A stretch of DNA of 62,166 nucleotides, from assembly GCF_046533075.1 (NCBI RefSeq), contig NZ_JAJQRB010000001.1, positions 1 through 62,166 on the forward strand, read 5' to 3'. Position 1 is the stretch's first letter, and each line of letters begins with the position of its first letter. The notes under the pieces were generated by a model. The model saw only the letters and a list, made by a program, of their open reading frames with translations, was not told where the DNA came from and ran no database searches. The DNA comes from Treponema primitia (GTDB lineage Bacteria; Spirochaetota; Spirochaetia; Treponematales; Breznakiellaceae). This document shows positions 9,139-18,119 of the stretch, piece after piece. A program made the position numbers and the translations under genes.

Positions 9139-10539
9139 CTATGCCCCAAGGCCGGCGTTGCGGCGCCGGTCTTCGTTCAGCCGGTATACGTGGGCTAATA
9201 CATCAGCCACGGCCCGGTAATAGGTTTCCGGTATGACTTCCCCCACCTCGGTCTCAGCATAGAGCGCACGGGCCAGGGGTTTGTTTTCCACCACCGGTAC
9301 ATCGTTGTCCTCGGCTATGCGGCGAATCCGCAGGGCCAGTTCGTCCTCGCCCTTGGCGCTTACCATGGGGCCGTCCATCCCCGGCTTGTATTCCAGGGCC
9401 ACCGCAAAGTGGGTCGGGTTGGCGATAACCACATCCGCCTGGGGAACCGTAATAGCAATATTCCGGGTCATCAGTTCACGCATTCTTTGCCGCAGCCGGG
9501 ACTTGATCATCGGGTCCCCTTCGTACATCTTCCGTTCTTCCTTCACTTCCTGCTTGGACATCTTTAAGGATTCCCGGTACTGCCAGCGCTGGAAAAGCAT
9601 ATCCGGTATGGAAAGGAGGAGCAGCAGTAACGCTGAGATGATAAGCATCCTGATGGCCAGGGACGCTACGGTGGTCACCCCTAACCAGAGCCTGGCGGTT
9701 TGGAGATTCGCCAGTTGTTTGATCTCCGAACGGATTAGGAAGAAGGCCACGGCGCCGATGATAGCCATCTTAACGATGGACTTAGCGATATTGAAAAGCC
9801 CTTCCATAGAGAAGAGGGTTTTCTGAAAGTAACGGCCCAGCCGGGGCACTACCTTGGAAAAGTCCGGGGTCAGGGGCTTGGTGGTAAAGAGGAAACCGGT
9901 CTGCACCACATTGGAAAAAATCCCCGCCGCCATGGCCACCAGCACGATGGGCAGGGCCAGCCGGGTCAGGTAGTTAAAGAAGGCCACCGCCACCACCCGA
10001 TCCTTTATGGGGTCCAGCTCGGAGGCCCGGAGAAAGTAGAAACGCAGCATTTCTACGCAAGTCCTGAGCATAGAGGGGGCCAGGAAAAAAATAGTAAGCG
10101 CCGGCAGGAGCAGGACCAATGCGCCGATAAGCTCCTGGCTCTTGGCAACCCGCCCCTCCTCCCGGGCCTTCTGTATCTTATACTCGGTGGGTTCTTCAGT
10201 ACGCCCCTCATCCTCCGCGGCGAACCACTGCAGGTCTATTTTGGAAGGAATATCGTTGTTTGCGGACTTTTTTCGTTCGCCATTTCCTTGAAAAAAATCA
10301 AAAATATAATCAGAGAAATCAAAAGAATAACCACAGAGGACACGGAGGGAAGAACACAGAGGAAGAGGAGGAAGAGAAGAAGAAGAAAAATTTATATCTT
10401 CCCTCTGTGTCCTCTGTGAAAGCGAACCGAAGGTTCGATCTCTGTGTTCTCTGCGGTTATTCTTCATTTCTCTGCGGTTATTCTTCATTTCTCTGTGGTT
10501 ATTCTTCATTCCTCTGCGGTTATTCTTCATTCCTATCAT
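9139..10539 (-). CDS. flhB: Flagellar export apparatus protein FlhB (annotated start overlaps fliR stop, ATGA; N-terminal ~95 aa encoded by repeat DNA)
   Basis: Conserved IDLQWFAAEDEGRTEEPTEYKIQKAREEGRVAKS... and NPTH autocleavage motif (VIANPTHFAVAL). The 5' 240 nt consist of a dispersed palindromic repeat plus four 21-bp tandem units. Confidence 0.85.
   Translation of the reverse strand: MIGMKNNRRGMKNNHREMKNNRREMKNNRREHRDRTFGSLSQRTQREDINFSSSSLPPLPLCSSLRVLCGYSFDFSDYIFDFFQGNGERKKSANNDIPSKIDLQWFAAEDEGRTEEPTEYKIQKAREEGRVAKSQELIGALVLLLPALTIFFLAPSMLRTCVEMLRFYFLRASELDPIKDRVVAVAFFNYLTRLALPIVLVAMAAGIFSNVVQTGFLFTTKPLTPDFSKVVPRLGRYFQKTLFSMEGLFNIAKSIVKMAIIGAVAFFLIRSEIKQLANLQTARLWLGVTTVASLAIRMLIISALLLLLLSIPDMLFQRWQYRESLKMSKQEVKEERKMYEGDPMIKSRLRQRMRELMTRNIAITVPQADVVIANPTHFAVALEYKPGMDGPMVSAKGEDELALRIRRIAEDNDVPVVENKPLARALYAETEVGEVIPETYYRAVADVLAHVYRLNEDRRRNAGLGA
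10325..10437. repeat. Palindromic repeat element R2 (AACCACAGAGGACACGGAGGGAAGAACACAGAGG ... GAAGAAAAATTTATATCTTCCCTCTGTGTCCTCTGTG) plus CGAACCGAAGGTTCG mini-palindrome
   Basis: Same family as R1 and R3. Lies inside the 5' end of the flhB ORF, in frame and without stop codons. Confidence 0.7.
10449..10532. repeat. 4 x 21-bp tandem repeat (CTCTGCGGTTATTCTTCATTT), translated on the minus strand as (MKNNRRE)x4 at the annotated FlhB N-terminus
   Basis: Four near-identical 21-bp units read directly. The unit resembles the terminus of the R1 repeat (CTCTGTGGTTACTCTTC). Confidence 0.8.
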
Positions 10540-11354
10540 GACCCGCCCCCGATCTGTGTCCCAATCTGCATGTACAGGGACTCGATGTTTTGGAAACCCA
10601 TGTCCACTACCCGGGCGAAGGCTTCGGTCATGAAGGGCATGGTGGCCATGATGAGGACGAAGGCTACGGTGATTGATATGGGGAAACCTTCGGTAAGGAT
10701 ATTGATCTGCGGGGCCGCCTTGGAGATGAGCCCCGTGGACAGTGAGGTAAGGAAGAGGGTCCCCAGTATGGGCATACTGATCACGATGGCGTCCATAAAC
10801 ACCCCGGTAAGCCCGTTCAGGAGGGTTTCTATCACCGCTTCATGGCCCATAACCAGAGAATAGGCGCTGATCGACTGGATGGAACGCCAGAACCCGCCCA
10901 GGAACAGTTCGGAAAAGCCGCCTATGGAAAGGAATACCAGCATGGCCACCAGGTTCAGGTATTGACCCATTAGGGGGTTTTCTATTTGAGCAAGGGGGTC
11001 GAAGGTTTCAGAGGCGCCGAAGCCCATCTGGAGGGAGAAGAACTGACCCGCCGTGGAGAAGGCGGAGAAGATCAGGGTAAGGTAGAACCCGATGATGATC
11101 CCCACGATGGCCTCCCCAATGAGGAGAAACACAAAGTACAGACCGAAGGGCGCAAGATTCCAGCCCGCAGCAAGGGCGGTGGGAAAGGCGGTAAAGGCGG
11201 CAAACCCCGCCAGGGCAATCTTGGCAATCTGGGGTATGCCGTCCGAAGACAGTAACGGTGCAGTTTCGATCATCGCCAGAGCCCGGACGGCAATCAGGAG
11301 AAACGCCGGTGCACCGGCTAAAATTTCGTTAAGGAACTGCGCCTCAATCACCAA
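10536..11354 (-). CDS. fliR: Flagellar export apparatus protein FliR
   Basis: 272-aa polytopic membrane protein. Position and sequence are typical of FliR. Confidence 0.85.
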   Translation of the reverse strand: MVIEAQFLNEILAGAPAFLLIAVRALAMIETAPLLSSDGIPQIAKIALAGFAAFTAFPTALAAGWNLAPFGLYFVFLLIGEAIVGIIIGFYLTLIFSAFSTAGQFFSLQMGFGASETFDPLAQIENPLMGQYLNLVAMLVFLSIGGFSELFLGGFWRSIQSISAYSLVMGHEAVIETLLNGLTGVFMDAIVISMPILGTLFLTSLSTGLISKAAPQINILTEGFPISITVAFVLIMATMPFMTEAFARVVDMGFQNIESLYMQIGTQIGGGS

Positions 11355-11385
11355 CCAACCCCTTGTCTAAAAGTTTATGCACGCG

Positions 11386-11655
11386 TTAACGCGCCATAGC
11401 AGGAATCATCCTGAATAACTGCACCGTATAATCCCCCAGGGAAGTAAACATCCAGCCCCCCAAAAGGCCCAGTACCAGAAGTATGGTCAGCACCTTTGGT
11501 ACAAAGGTCAGGGTCTGCTCCTGGATAGAGGTGGTGGCCTGCAGTATAGCTACTATCAGGCCCACGGTAAGGGCGGAAAACAAAAGCGGCGCCGCCAAAA
11601 GCAGGGTCTCAAATATGCCCCCCCGGAGAAGGGCCGTAATGTCGCCGATACTCAT
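11386..11655 (-). CDS. fliQ: Flagellar export apparatus protein FliQ
   Basis: 89 aa with two TM helices (…LLAAPLLFSALTVGLIVAILQATTSIQEQTLTFVPK…). Confidence 0.85.
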   Translation of the reverse strand: MSIGDITALLRGGIFETLLLAAPLLFSALTVGLIVAILQATTSIQEQTLTFVPKVLTILLVLGLLGGWMFTSLGDYTVQLFRMIPAMAR

Positions 11656-11664
11656 CTATCACCC

Positions 11665-12492
11665 CTATCCGAAAGAACGGACTATCTGGTCCGTCAAAAG
11701 CCCCCAGCCGTCCACCAGAATAAAGAGGATCAGCTTAAAGGGCATGGAAATCATTACCGGGGGCAGCATGATCATACCCATGGACATGAGCGCGCTGGCC
11801 ACCACCATATCGATCACGATAAATGGAATAAACAACAATATGCCTATCTTAAAGGCTATGGTTAATTCATTGAGAATGAATGCGGGAATCAGCACATAGG
11901 TGGGGACATCCGCCAGGGTATTCGGGCGGTCCAGCCCCCGCATGGACATGAAGAGCCGGATATTGCCGGGGTTGCTCTGCATCTGGCGGTACATGAAGAT
12001 ACGCAGCGGAGCCTCGGCGCCCCGGTACGCTTCCTGCACCGATATGTTCCCCTGTTGGAGGGGCTGGAAACTATTCTGATATATCTCTTCAAAGGTGGGC
12101 CACATGATAAATGCGGTGAGGAAAAGGGAAATCCCCAGAATCACCTGGTTTGGGGGTACCTGCTGCAGGGAAAGGGCCCGTTTAATAAAGTCCAGGACTA
12201 TGGATATCCGCAGAAAACTTGTGGTAAGTATGATGATACTCGGCGCCAGGGAGAGGGCGGTAAGGAGCAGCAGCAGTTGGAGAGAAAAGGCTACTTCCTG
12301 CCCCGATTCGGGGTTCCGTACGGTAAGATCGATAAAGGGGATCACCGGGTCTGCGGGCGCTGCAGGGACGGCCACGGTTCCCGGTGTGGAAAGGTTCGGA
12401 AAGGGAAAGGGCGTGGTCTGGGCCGCTGCCGGGAGGGGGACAAAAACAGCCAGCAGAAACAGGGTTCCCGCCAGAACAATCGGGCGGCTCAT
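11665..12492 (-). CDS. fliP: Flagellar export apparatus protein FliP
   Basis: 275 aa with signal peptide and conserved FliP core (…PSIIILTTSFLRISIVLDFIKRALSLQQVPPNQVILGISLFLTAFIM…). Confidence 0.9.
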   Translation of the reverse strand: MSRPIVLAGTLFLLAVFVPLPAAAQTTPFPFPNLSTPGTVAVPAAPADPVIPFIDLTVRNPESGQEVAFSLQLLLLLTALSLAPSIIILTTSFLRISIVLDFIKRALSLQQVPPNQVILGISLFLTAFIMWPTFEEIYQNSFQPLQQGNISVQEAYRGAEAPLRIFMYRQMQSNPGNIRLFMSMRGLDRPNTLADVPTYVLIPAFILNELTIAFKIGILLFIPFIVIDMVVASALMSMGMIMLPPVMISMPFKLILFILVDGWGLLTDQIVRSFG

Positions 12493-13139
12493 AGGTCCTT
12501 CAGCCTTTCCCGCCGTTTACGCAGGTCGTCCGCCCGGAACCGTGTATTTGCGCCGCCACCGCCCAGACGGCGCAGGAGGGCCGAAAAGTTCAGGAACTTC
12601 GGGGCGCCGTCACTTCCTTTACGGGAATCGTCCAGAAGCATGGCGTCCACCATCTCCTGATCCGTTATTTCAGAGATAAGGGATACGCCATTGTCTCCGG
12701 CGCCCACCAGCCATGCCTTGTTCCCCACGGAAACTACCGCCACCGAACTGCCCGCCCCCATGGGGGTCCTGGCCAATATCTTGAGATAGGGATTTTTCTG
12801 CTCCGGTGAACGGGAGAGGCGCTTGAAAAAGAATACCAAACCATAGATAGCAGCCGCGGCCAGGGCGAGAACTAAAACCATCCGGAGAACAAAAAAAACA
12901 GTAGGGGTTCCCGGAGTGGGAAGAGCTTCTCCCGGGGGCGCATCCCCAAGAATAATCAGGTTTTCTGCAATGGGCTCGCCGGGAAGCGGCGCTGTTTCAA
13001 CGGCCAGGACAGAGGATTCCCCCAGGGTGTCCGGCGTTTGAGCGGATACTTTGTTGAGATTAAAAGTAAAGAGGCCAATGCTTATAAAAAGCACGGCTAT
13101 AGACATCGGATAAAATCGATACAGTTTTTCCCCTCCCAA
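12489..13139 (-). CDS. fliO: Flagellar biosynthesis protein FliO/FliZ
   Basis: 216 aa with a single TM helix. Located immediately upstream of fliP and overlaps the fliP start. Confidence 0.6.
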   Translation of the reverse strand: MGGEKLYRFYPMSIAVLFISIGLFTFNLNKVSAQTPDTLGESSVLAVETAPLPGEPIAENLIILGDAPPGEALPTPGTPTVFFVLRMVLVLALAAAAIYGLVFFFKRLSRSPEQKNPYLKILARTPMGAGSSVAVVSVGNKAWLVGAGDNGVSLISEITDQEMVDAMLLDDSRKGSDGAPKFLNFSALLRRLGGGGANTRFRADDLRKRRERLKDL

Positions 13140-13199
13140 GTAGAAACTGATCCTTAGTAACTATTTTAATCTATATTAGTAGTGTTGCGCTACCCCTAT

Positions 13200-14252
13200 T
13201 TAGCTTAATTCGGTCATTCTTTCCATGGGAGAGACAATTTCTGTGACACGGACACCAAAATTTTCGTCAATAACCACCACTTCACCCTTTGCAATAAGCT
13301 TATGATTCACCAGAATGTCTACCGGCTCACCGGCAAGCTTGTCCAATTCAATGATGGTACCCTCACCCATACCCAAAATTTCCTTGATCAGCTTTCTGGT
13401 ACGGCCCAATTCTACGGTCATCTCCATGTATACATCCATGATGAGACCGATATTGCCCGCTTCCTGAGCCGTGGGCTGGGGCATTAGATTTGGAAACTGT
13501 ACCGACTGAACGTTAGAGGGCGACCCCATAATACCTCCCATACCACCTCCTCCCATCATACCGCCCATAGGAGCTGCCGGAGCCGGCTTAGCCGCCGCCG
13601 GAGCGGGACCGGCGGTCAGGGCCTTGGTAATATCCGCCGCCACCTGCGGCCCGTAGACTTCCCAAATCCGGTGATCCTTTCCATCGCCCAGATCGAGCTG
13701 GTAATCCGCAACCTGGAACTCTCCTGCGGGGAGCGCCGCGGCAGCTTTGGGAACATTGGCGGCCTCGGGGGCAACATTGGCGATAGACTTATTGCCGGTC
13801 TTTCCGGTCAGGGTGGTGATCTGGGTACCCACAATGGTACCCACCATTTCCCCAATCACCGACATGGCCATCTCATCCAATTCGATGTTTTCTTCCTTGT
13901 TCATCAGAGCGGCAATAGCTCTAGCCGTATCCTCGGGAAAAAGAAATATATGTTCACCGGGGAACCCGGCGCTAAAATCCGCTTTAACCGCAGTAACCAT
14001 ATCCGGAAGCTTTTCTATCAGGGCGTCCCGGTCAGAACTGCTCAGCTCGGGCCCCTTAAGGCTAACCGATGCGCCGGTCATGGTGGAAAGGTTGGAGGAC
14101 TGGGCATCCACGGTGCCGGAGAGATAACCCTGCAGGGCCTTGGACTCGGCGCCGCCGTTTCCTCCGCCGCCATTACCGCCGCTAAAGCTCGAAGAATCTA
14201 CCCCGGCTAACAGTGCATCTATTTCCGCCTGCGAAAGAGCGCTATCGCTCAT
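13200..14252 (-). CDS. fliY: Flagellar motor switch protein FliY/FliN (CheC-like N-domain, Gly/Met linker, C-terminal FliN/SpoA domain)
   Basis: N-terminal LSQAEIDALLAG CheY-binding motif. C-terminal FliN domain (TVELGRTRKLIKEILGMGEGTIIELDKLAGEPVDILVNHKLIAKGEVVVIDENFGVRV). Confidence 0.8.
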   Translation of the reverse strand: MSDSALSQAEIDALLAGVDSSSFSGGNGGGGNGGAESKALQGYLSGTVDAQSSNLSTMTGASVSLKGPELSSSDRDALIEKLPDMVTAVKADFSAGFPGEHIFLFPEDTARAIAALMNKEENIELDEMAMSVIGEMVGTIVGTQITTLTGKTGNKSIANVAPEAANVPKAAAALPAGEFQVADYQLDLGDGKDHRIWEVYGPQVAADITKALTAGPAPAAAKPAPAAPMGGMMGGGGMGGIMGSPSNVQSVQFPNLMPQPTAQEAGNIGLIMDVYMEMTVELGRTRKLIKEILGMGEGTIIELDKLAGEPVDILVNHKLIAKGEVVVIDENFGVRVTEIVSPMERMTELS

Positions 14253-14276
14253 ACTTTGCCCCCCCCTTCCTGCAAA

Positions 14277-14837
14277 TCATAACTCAACCACATCAAGCTG
14301 TTTAAATACAATATTCTTTGCCTTTGAAGAATTCAGGACCTTGGTATTCAGGGCCTCAATGATCTCCTGTTTCAGCCTGGCTTCGTTTTCGGTTGCCAGA
14401 TCCCGGGCATACTTGGAACTAAAAAAATTCCGCACAAAATCCTGCAACTCGTAAAGCCGGGTGGTCAGTTCGGTGGCAGCGTTCTTATCATTCATATCAT
14501 AACCGATGGCCAAATCAACCACCACCGAATGGGAGGTAGGATCCTTGGTTCTGCACCGTACCGTGCCTATGGAATTAAAATAGAGATACTCCGGCCGTTT
14601 CCCGTTATAGGGGGAAGAGGAATCGGCCACAACGGTTTGGGATGGCCCACCTTTATTCATAAAATTAAAGGTAATCACCGTTACGGTAATAATAAAAATC
14701 AGTGCGCCCAAACCTATGGCTACAAATTTAAGCAGATTCGGCAATAAGGCTCCCAAACCGCCCGGTTTTTTAGAACCGCCGCCGCCTGAGTCCTGAGCTT
14801 CGCCTCCCTCATCCAGTATATCGTCGCCATCGCCCAT
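14277..14837 (-). CDS. fliL: Flagellar basal-body-associated protein FliL
   Basis: 186 aa with a single TM helix (KFVAIGLGALIFIITVTVITF) followed by a FliL-type periplasmic domain. Confidence 0.8.
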   Translation of the reverse strand: MGDGDDILDEGGEAQDSGGGGSKKPGGLGALLPNLLKFVAIGLGALIFIITVTVITFNFMNKGGPSQTVVADSSSPYNGKRPEYLYFNSIGTVRCRTKDPTSHSVVVDLAIGYDMNDKNAATELTTRLYELQDFVRNFFSSKYARDLATENEARLKQEIIEALNTKVLNSSKAKNIVFKQLDVVEL

Positions 14838-14941
14838 GACCTAACCCTCCGACTCTCTATTTTATAGTATACAAAAATACCATTTTATGCAAACCCTTTT
14901 CTTACAAAAGGCCTGGCCATTTTACAAAAGACCTGACCATT

Positions 14942-15673
14942 CTATAAATGGCCATCATCCAGGATGATAACATCCACCCGGCGGTTATATGCCCTGCCTT
15001 CTGCGGTATCATCCGAGGCTACCGGGACCGTGGCGGCAAATCCCGCCACCTGAAAATGCCGTTCCTCTACTCCAATATCGGTAAGATAGTGAAGAACACT
15101 AATAGATCGGGCGGTAGAAAGTTCCCAATTCGATTCCCATGGACCTTCGGGGTCCACCGGAGTATCATCGGTATGACCTTCAATGCGGAATTTTCGTCCC
15201 CGTACCTCATCCGAACTCAGCAGGGTTCCTAAGCGCAGCAGAATATCCCGGGTCTGTTCCACGTTGATCCTGGCGCTGGCGGGGTTAAAAAAGGCGTCCG
15301 AAGCAAGGCTTATAACCAGGCCCCGCTCGTCACGGGTGACCTTTACTTTGTTGGATTTAACTTCCGGGTTAAAAAGGCTTATGGCCTTTTTCAAAGCCGT
15401 GCCCAGGGACTCGCCCTTTTCCATTGCAGGCAGGGAGGCTATGGTATTGCCCAGATCCGCGCTTTTCCCGGCCCCCAGGGTGTTTCCCCCGGAATTGGCC
15501 CCGATACCCTGGTTGTTAAATGCGGAAATCAGGGCTTCCACGGTGGAAGGGGTTACTTCATCGGGGTTGAAGAGGGCGACAAAGAAACAAAGCATCAGGG
15601 TAACCATGTCTGAATAGGTTACAATCCACTCACCGCCTGCACCGCCCGCTTCGGGCTTTTTCTTTTTCGCCAC
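14942..15673 (-). CDS. motB: Flagellar motor stator protein MotB (OmpA-like peptidoglycan-binding)
   Basis: MotB plug/TM region (WIVTYSDMVTLMLCFFVALF) and a C-terminal OmpA-like domain. Confidence 0.88.
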   Translation of the reverse strand: MAKKKKPEAGGAGGEWIVTYSDMVTLMLCFFVALFNPDEVTPSTVEALISAFNNQGIGANSGGNTLGAGKSADLGNTIASLPAMEKGESLGTALKKAISLFNPEVKSNKVKVTRDERGLVISLASDAFFNPASARINVEQTRDILLRLGTLLSSDEVRGRKFRIEGHTDDTPVDPEGPWESNWELSTARSISVLHYLTDIGVEERHFQVAGFAATVPVASDDTAEGRAYNRRVDVIILDDGHL

Positions 15674-15684
15674 GTCATACTTCC

Positions 15685-16467
15685 TTAATCTTTTAGCACT
15701 TCCGCTTCTACTGTTTTACGATCCAGGGGATTCAAATAGGTCAGGAGCTTCATCCCCAATATACGGGGGTTATCGCCGGCCTGGATGGAGAGGACTCCCT
15801 CGATGGCCATTTCCTTAACCTTGGCTTCCGTGGCGTCCATGGTCTGTAATTTACCCGACCAGGGGATCATCAGAAGGTTAGCAACCATGGAACCGTACAG
15901 GGTGGTGATAAGCGCAACGGCCATGTTCGGTCCCAGGGCGGATTTATCTTCCAGGTTTTTCAACATACCAATGAGCCCGATAACCGTGCCCAACATACCA
16001 AGTCCGGGAGCCAGGGTACCCCACATATTGACAACCTTGATTTTTGCAACGTGCCGTTCCTGCATCTGGCCCAGCTCGGTTTCCATAAGGTTCCGCACAA
16101 TCTCTGCGTCGGTACCGTCCACCACAAGCCGCAGCCCCTTTTTGATAAATTCATCGTCCAGATCGTCCAGCATTTCTTCCAGCGCCAGGAGTCCTTCCCG
16201 GCGGGCCTTTTCCGACATATTCATCAATTGCCGGATAAGCGCCGTTTCGTTAAAGTTAGCGGTCTTAAAGGTCAAACTGATAGTATTGAAGATACCAATA
16301 GTGTTGGGAATGCTGCCGAAGGTGAAGAGACCGAAGTAGGAACCCAGCACGACGATCAAGATTGAAGGAAGATCGTAGAAGGTCATCAGGCCTGATCCCC
16401 CGGTGATAATTCCCAGGCCAACCATGCCGAAACAACCGGCAACACCAATTAAGGTTGATATATTCAT
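15685..16467 (-). CDS. motA: Flagellar motor stator protein MotA
   Basis: 260 aa with four TM helices. A conserved MotA/TolQ/ExbB proton channel. Confidence 0.88.
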   Translation of the reverse strand: MNISTLIGVAGCFGMVGLGIITGGSGLMTFYDLPSILIVVLGSYFGLFTFGSIPNTIGIFNTISLTFKTANFNETALIRQLMNMSEKARREGLLALEEMLDDLDDEFIKKGLRLVVDGTDAEIVRNLMETELGQMQERHVAKIKVVNMWGTLAPGLGMLGTVIGLIGMLKNLEDKSALGPNMAVALITTLYGSMVANLLMIPWSGKLQTMDATEAKVKEMAIEGVLSIQAGDNPRILGMKLLTYLNPLDRKTVEAEVLKD

Positions 16468-16479
16468 ACCGCTTTACCT

Positions 16480-16677
16480 CTATTCCTCATTCTTAAAGCC
16501 GCCGATTCTCCGGCGATATTCCACGATCCGGTCGATAACTTCGGTCACCGTTTCTTTCACCACAATAATTTTACCGGACAGCATCTGGAGGGTGGTATCC
16601 GGCCGAACTTCGAGGGACTCAATTTGATGCGGATTTAAATAGTATTCCATTCCGTTCAGCCGGGTTACCTTAATCAC
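16480..16677 (-). CDS. flbD: Flagellar protein FlbD
   Basis: 65 aa, MIKVTRLNGMEYYLNPHQIE... A typical FlbD located between flgE and motA. Confidence 0.85.
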   Translation of the reverse strand: MIKVTRLNGMEYYLNPHQIESLEVRPDTTLQMLSGKIIVVKETVTEVIDRIVEYRRRIGGFKNEE

Positions 16678-16682
16678 TTAGT

Positions 16683-18107
16683 TTACCTTTTGAGGGTCAA
16701 AATTTCCTGCAAGAGCTGGTCCGCAGTCTGGATGGTCCGGGAGTTGGCCTGGAACCCGCGCTGGGTAACGATCATATCCACGAACTGTTCCGAAAGATCC
16801 ACGTTGGACATTTCCAGGGTACCGGCGATGATCTTGCCCTTCCCCGCTATGCCCGAGGGCCCAATGTTGGCGTAACCCGAGTTGTTACTCACCAGGAAGA
16901 CATTGTCTCCGCCCTTTTCAAGACCGCCCTGGTTAGAAAAGCTGGCCATTGCCACCTGCCCCAGGGTGCGGTTCGTTCCGTTGGAATACACCCCGGTGAT
17001 AACCCCGCTCTGGTCAATCTTAAAGTTTTCCAGGTAGCCCATGGTATAACCATCCTGAATGATAGCTTTGGTAGAACTGGACTCCGCATACTGGGTAATG
17101 CTATTTACCAGCCCCCCCGCGGTGCCCAGGTTCAGGGCGAATTCCTGACGGATCATTCCACCGTCAATTTCCGGGGCCGCGCTCAGCACATCAAAGGCCA
17201 CGTTCATCACCACCGGGCCCTCTCCGTTGGTCACGGCGCCGTTGATGTCCTCAATGCTCTGGAGGGTACCATTGTTGTTGAAGATCACCGTAAAGGTGTT
17301 TGTCGCCGCCGGGACCTGTCCCACCATACCTACTTCAGTATTGGTGGGCTGGGCGCTTTCCGGGTCCACCGTTACGGTGGCGGTCCAGCGGTTGTTGAGG
17401 TTCGCCAGAGGCTCGCCATCGGCGTTGAAGCCCCAGTTACGCAGGAATTCTACCCGGAGTATGTGCTCCAGACCAAAGGTGTCGTAGATTTTCATTTCCG
17501 TACCCCAGGTACCGTGGGAGATTTCCGCCGGGGAGGGAGCGTTGGGAACGATGGGGGTCCGCTTGTCTAAGTTACAGGCAAAGTCGACCGATGTGGTGGC
17601 GCGGGCAGCATCTTTGCTCCCCACGGGGATAACGAGGTTCTCGGTATCCCGGGAAACATCCAGCACCTGCTCACCCCCAATGGTCCGGGCCTGCCAGCCC
17701 TGAACCCGCATACCGTTGGCGGGGTTTACCAGCAAACCTTCCTGGTCTAGGCCGAACGCGCCCGCCCGGGTGTAGAAGGATTTTTCGCCCTGCTTAAGGA
17801 CGAAGAAGCCCGTACCCTGGATCGCCAAATCGGTACCCACGCCGGTAGTCTGGAGGGAGCCCTGAGTATGGATGGTGTCGATGGAAGCCACCGACATCCC
17901 GAGACCAACTTCCTTGGGGTTCACGCCGCCAAGGTCTTCCGTGGGCTTTGCCGCCCCCTGAAGCTGCTGGTATATCATATCCTGAAAATTAACTCTGTTC
18001 CGTTTAAATCCGGTGGTGTTGACGTTGGCAATGTTATTACCTACCACGTCCATCCTGGTCTGGTGATTTTGTAATCCCGACACACCGGAAAATAATGATC
18101 GCATCAT
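16683..18107 (-). CDS. flgE: Flagellar hook protein FlgE
   Basis: N-terminal [35 protein letters not shown] and the C-terminal flagellar rod/hook conserved domain. Confidence 0.92.
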   Translation of the reverse strand: MMRSLFSGVSGLQNHQTRMDVVGNNIANVNTTGFKRNRVNFQDMIYQQLQGAAKPTEDLGGVNPKEVGLGMSVASIDTIHTQGSLQTTGVGTDLAIQGTGFFVLKQGEKSFYTRAGAFGLDQEGLLVNPANGMRVQGWQARTIGGEQVLDVSRDTENLVIPVGSKDAARATTSVDFACNLDKRTPIVPNAPSPAEISHGTWGTEMKIYDTFGLEHILRVEFLRNWGFNADGEPLANLNNRWTATVTVDPESAQPTNTEVGMVGQVPAATNTFTVIFNNNGTLQSIEDINGAVTNGEGPVVMNVAFDVLSAAPEIDGGMIRQEFALNLGTAGGLVNSITQYAESSSTKAIIQDGYTMGYLENFKIDQSGVITGVYSNGTNRTLGQVAMASFSNQGGLEKGGDNVFLVSNNSGYANIGPSGIAGKGKIIAGTLEMSNVDLSEQFVDMIVTQRGFQANSRTIQTADQLLQEILTLKR

Positions 18108-18119
18108 AGTAGTTTTCTC

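Noticed and set aside
10449-10532. Possible CRISPR array (regular short direct repeats)
   Set aside because: The 21-bp units are directly tandem with no spacers. No cas genes are present. The array is in frame within the flhB ORF.
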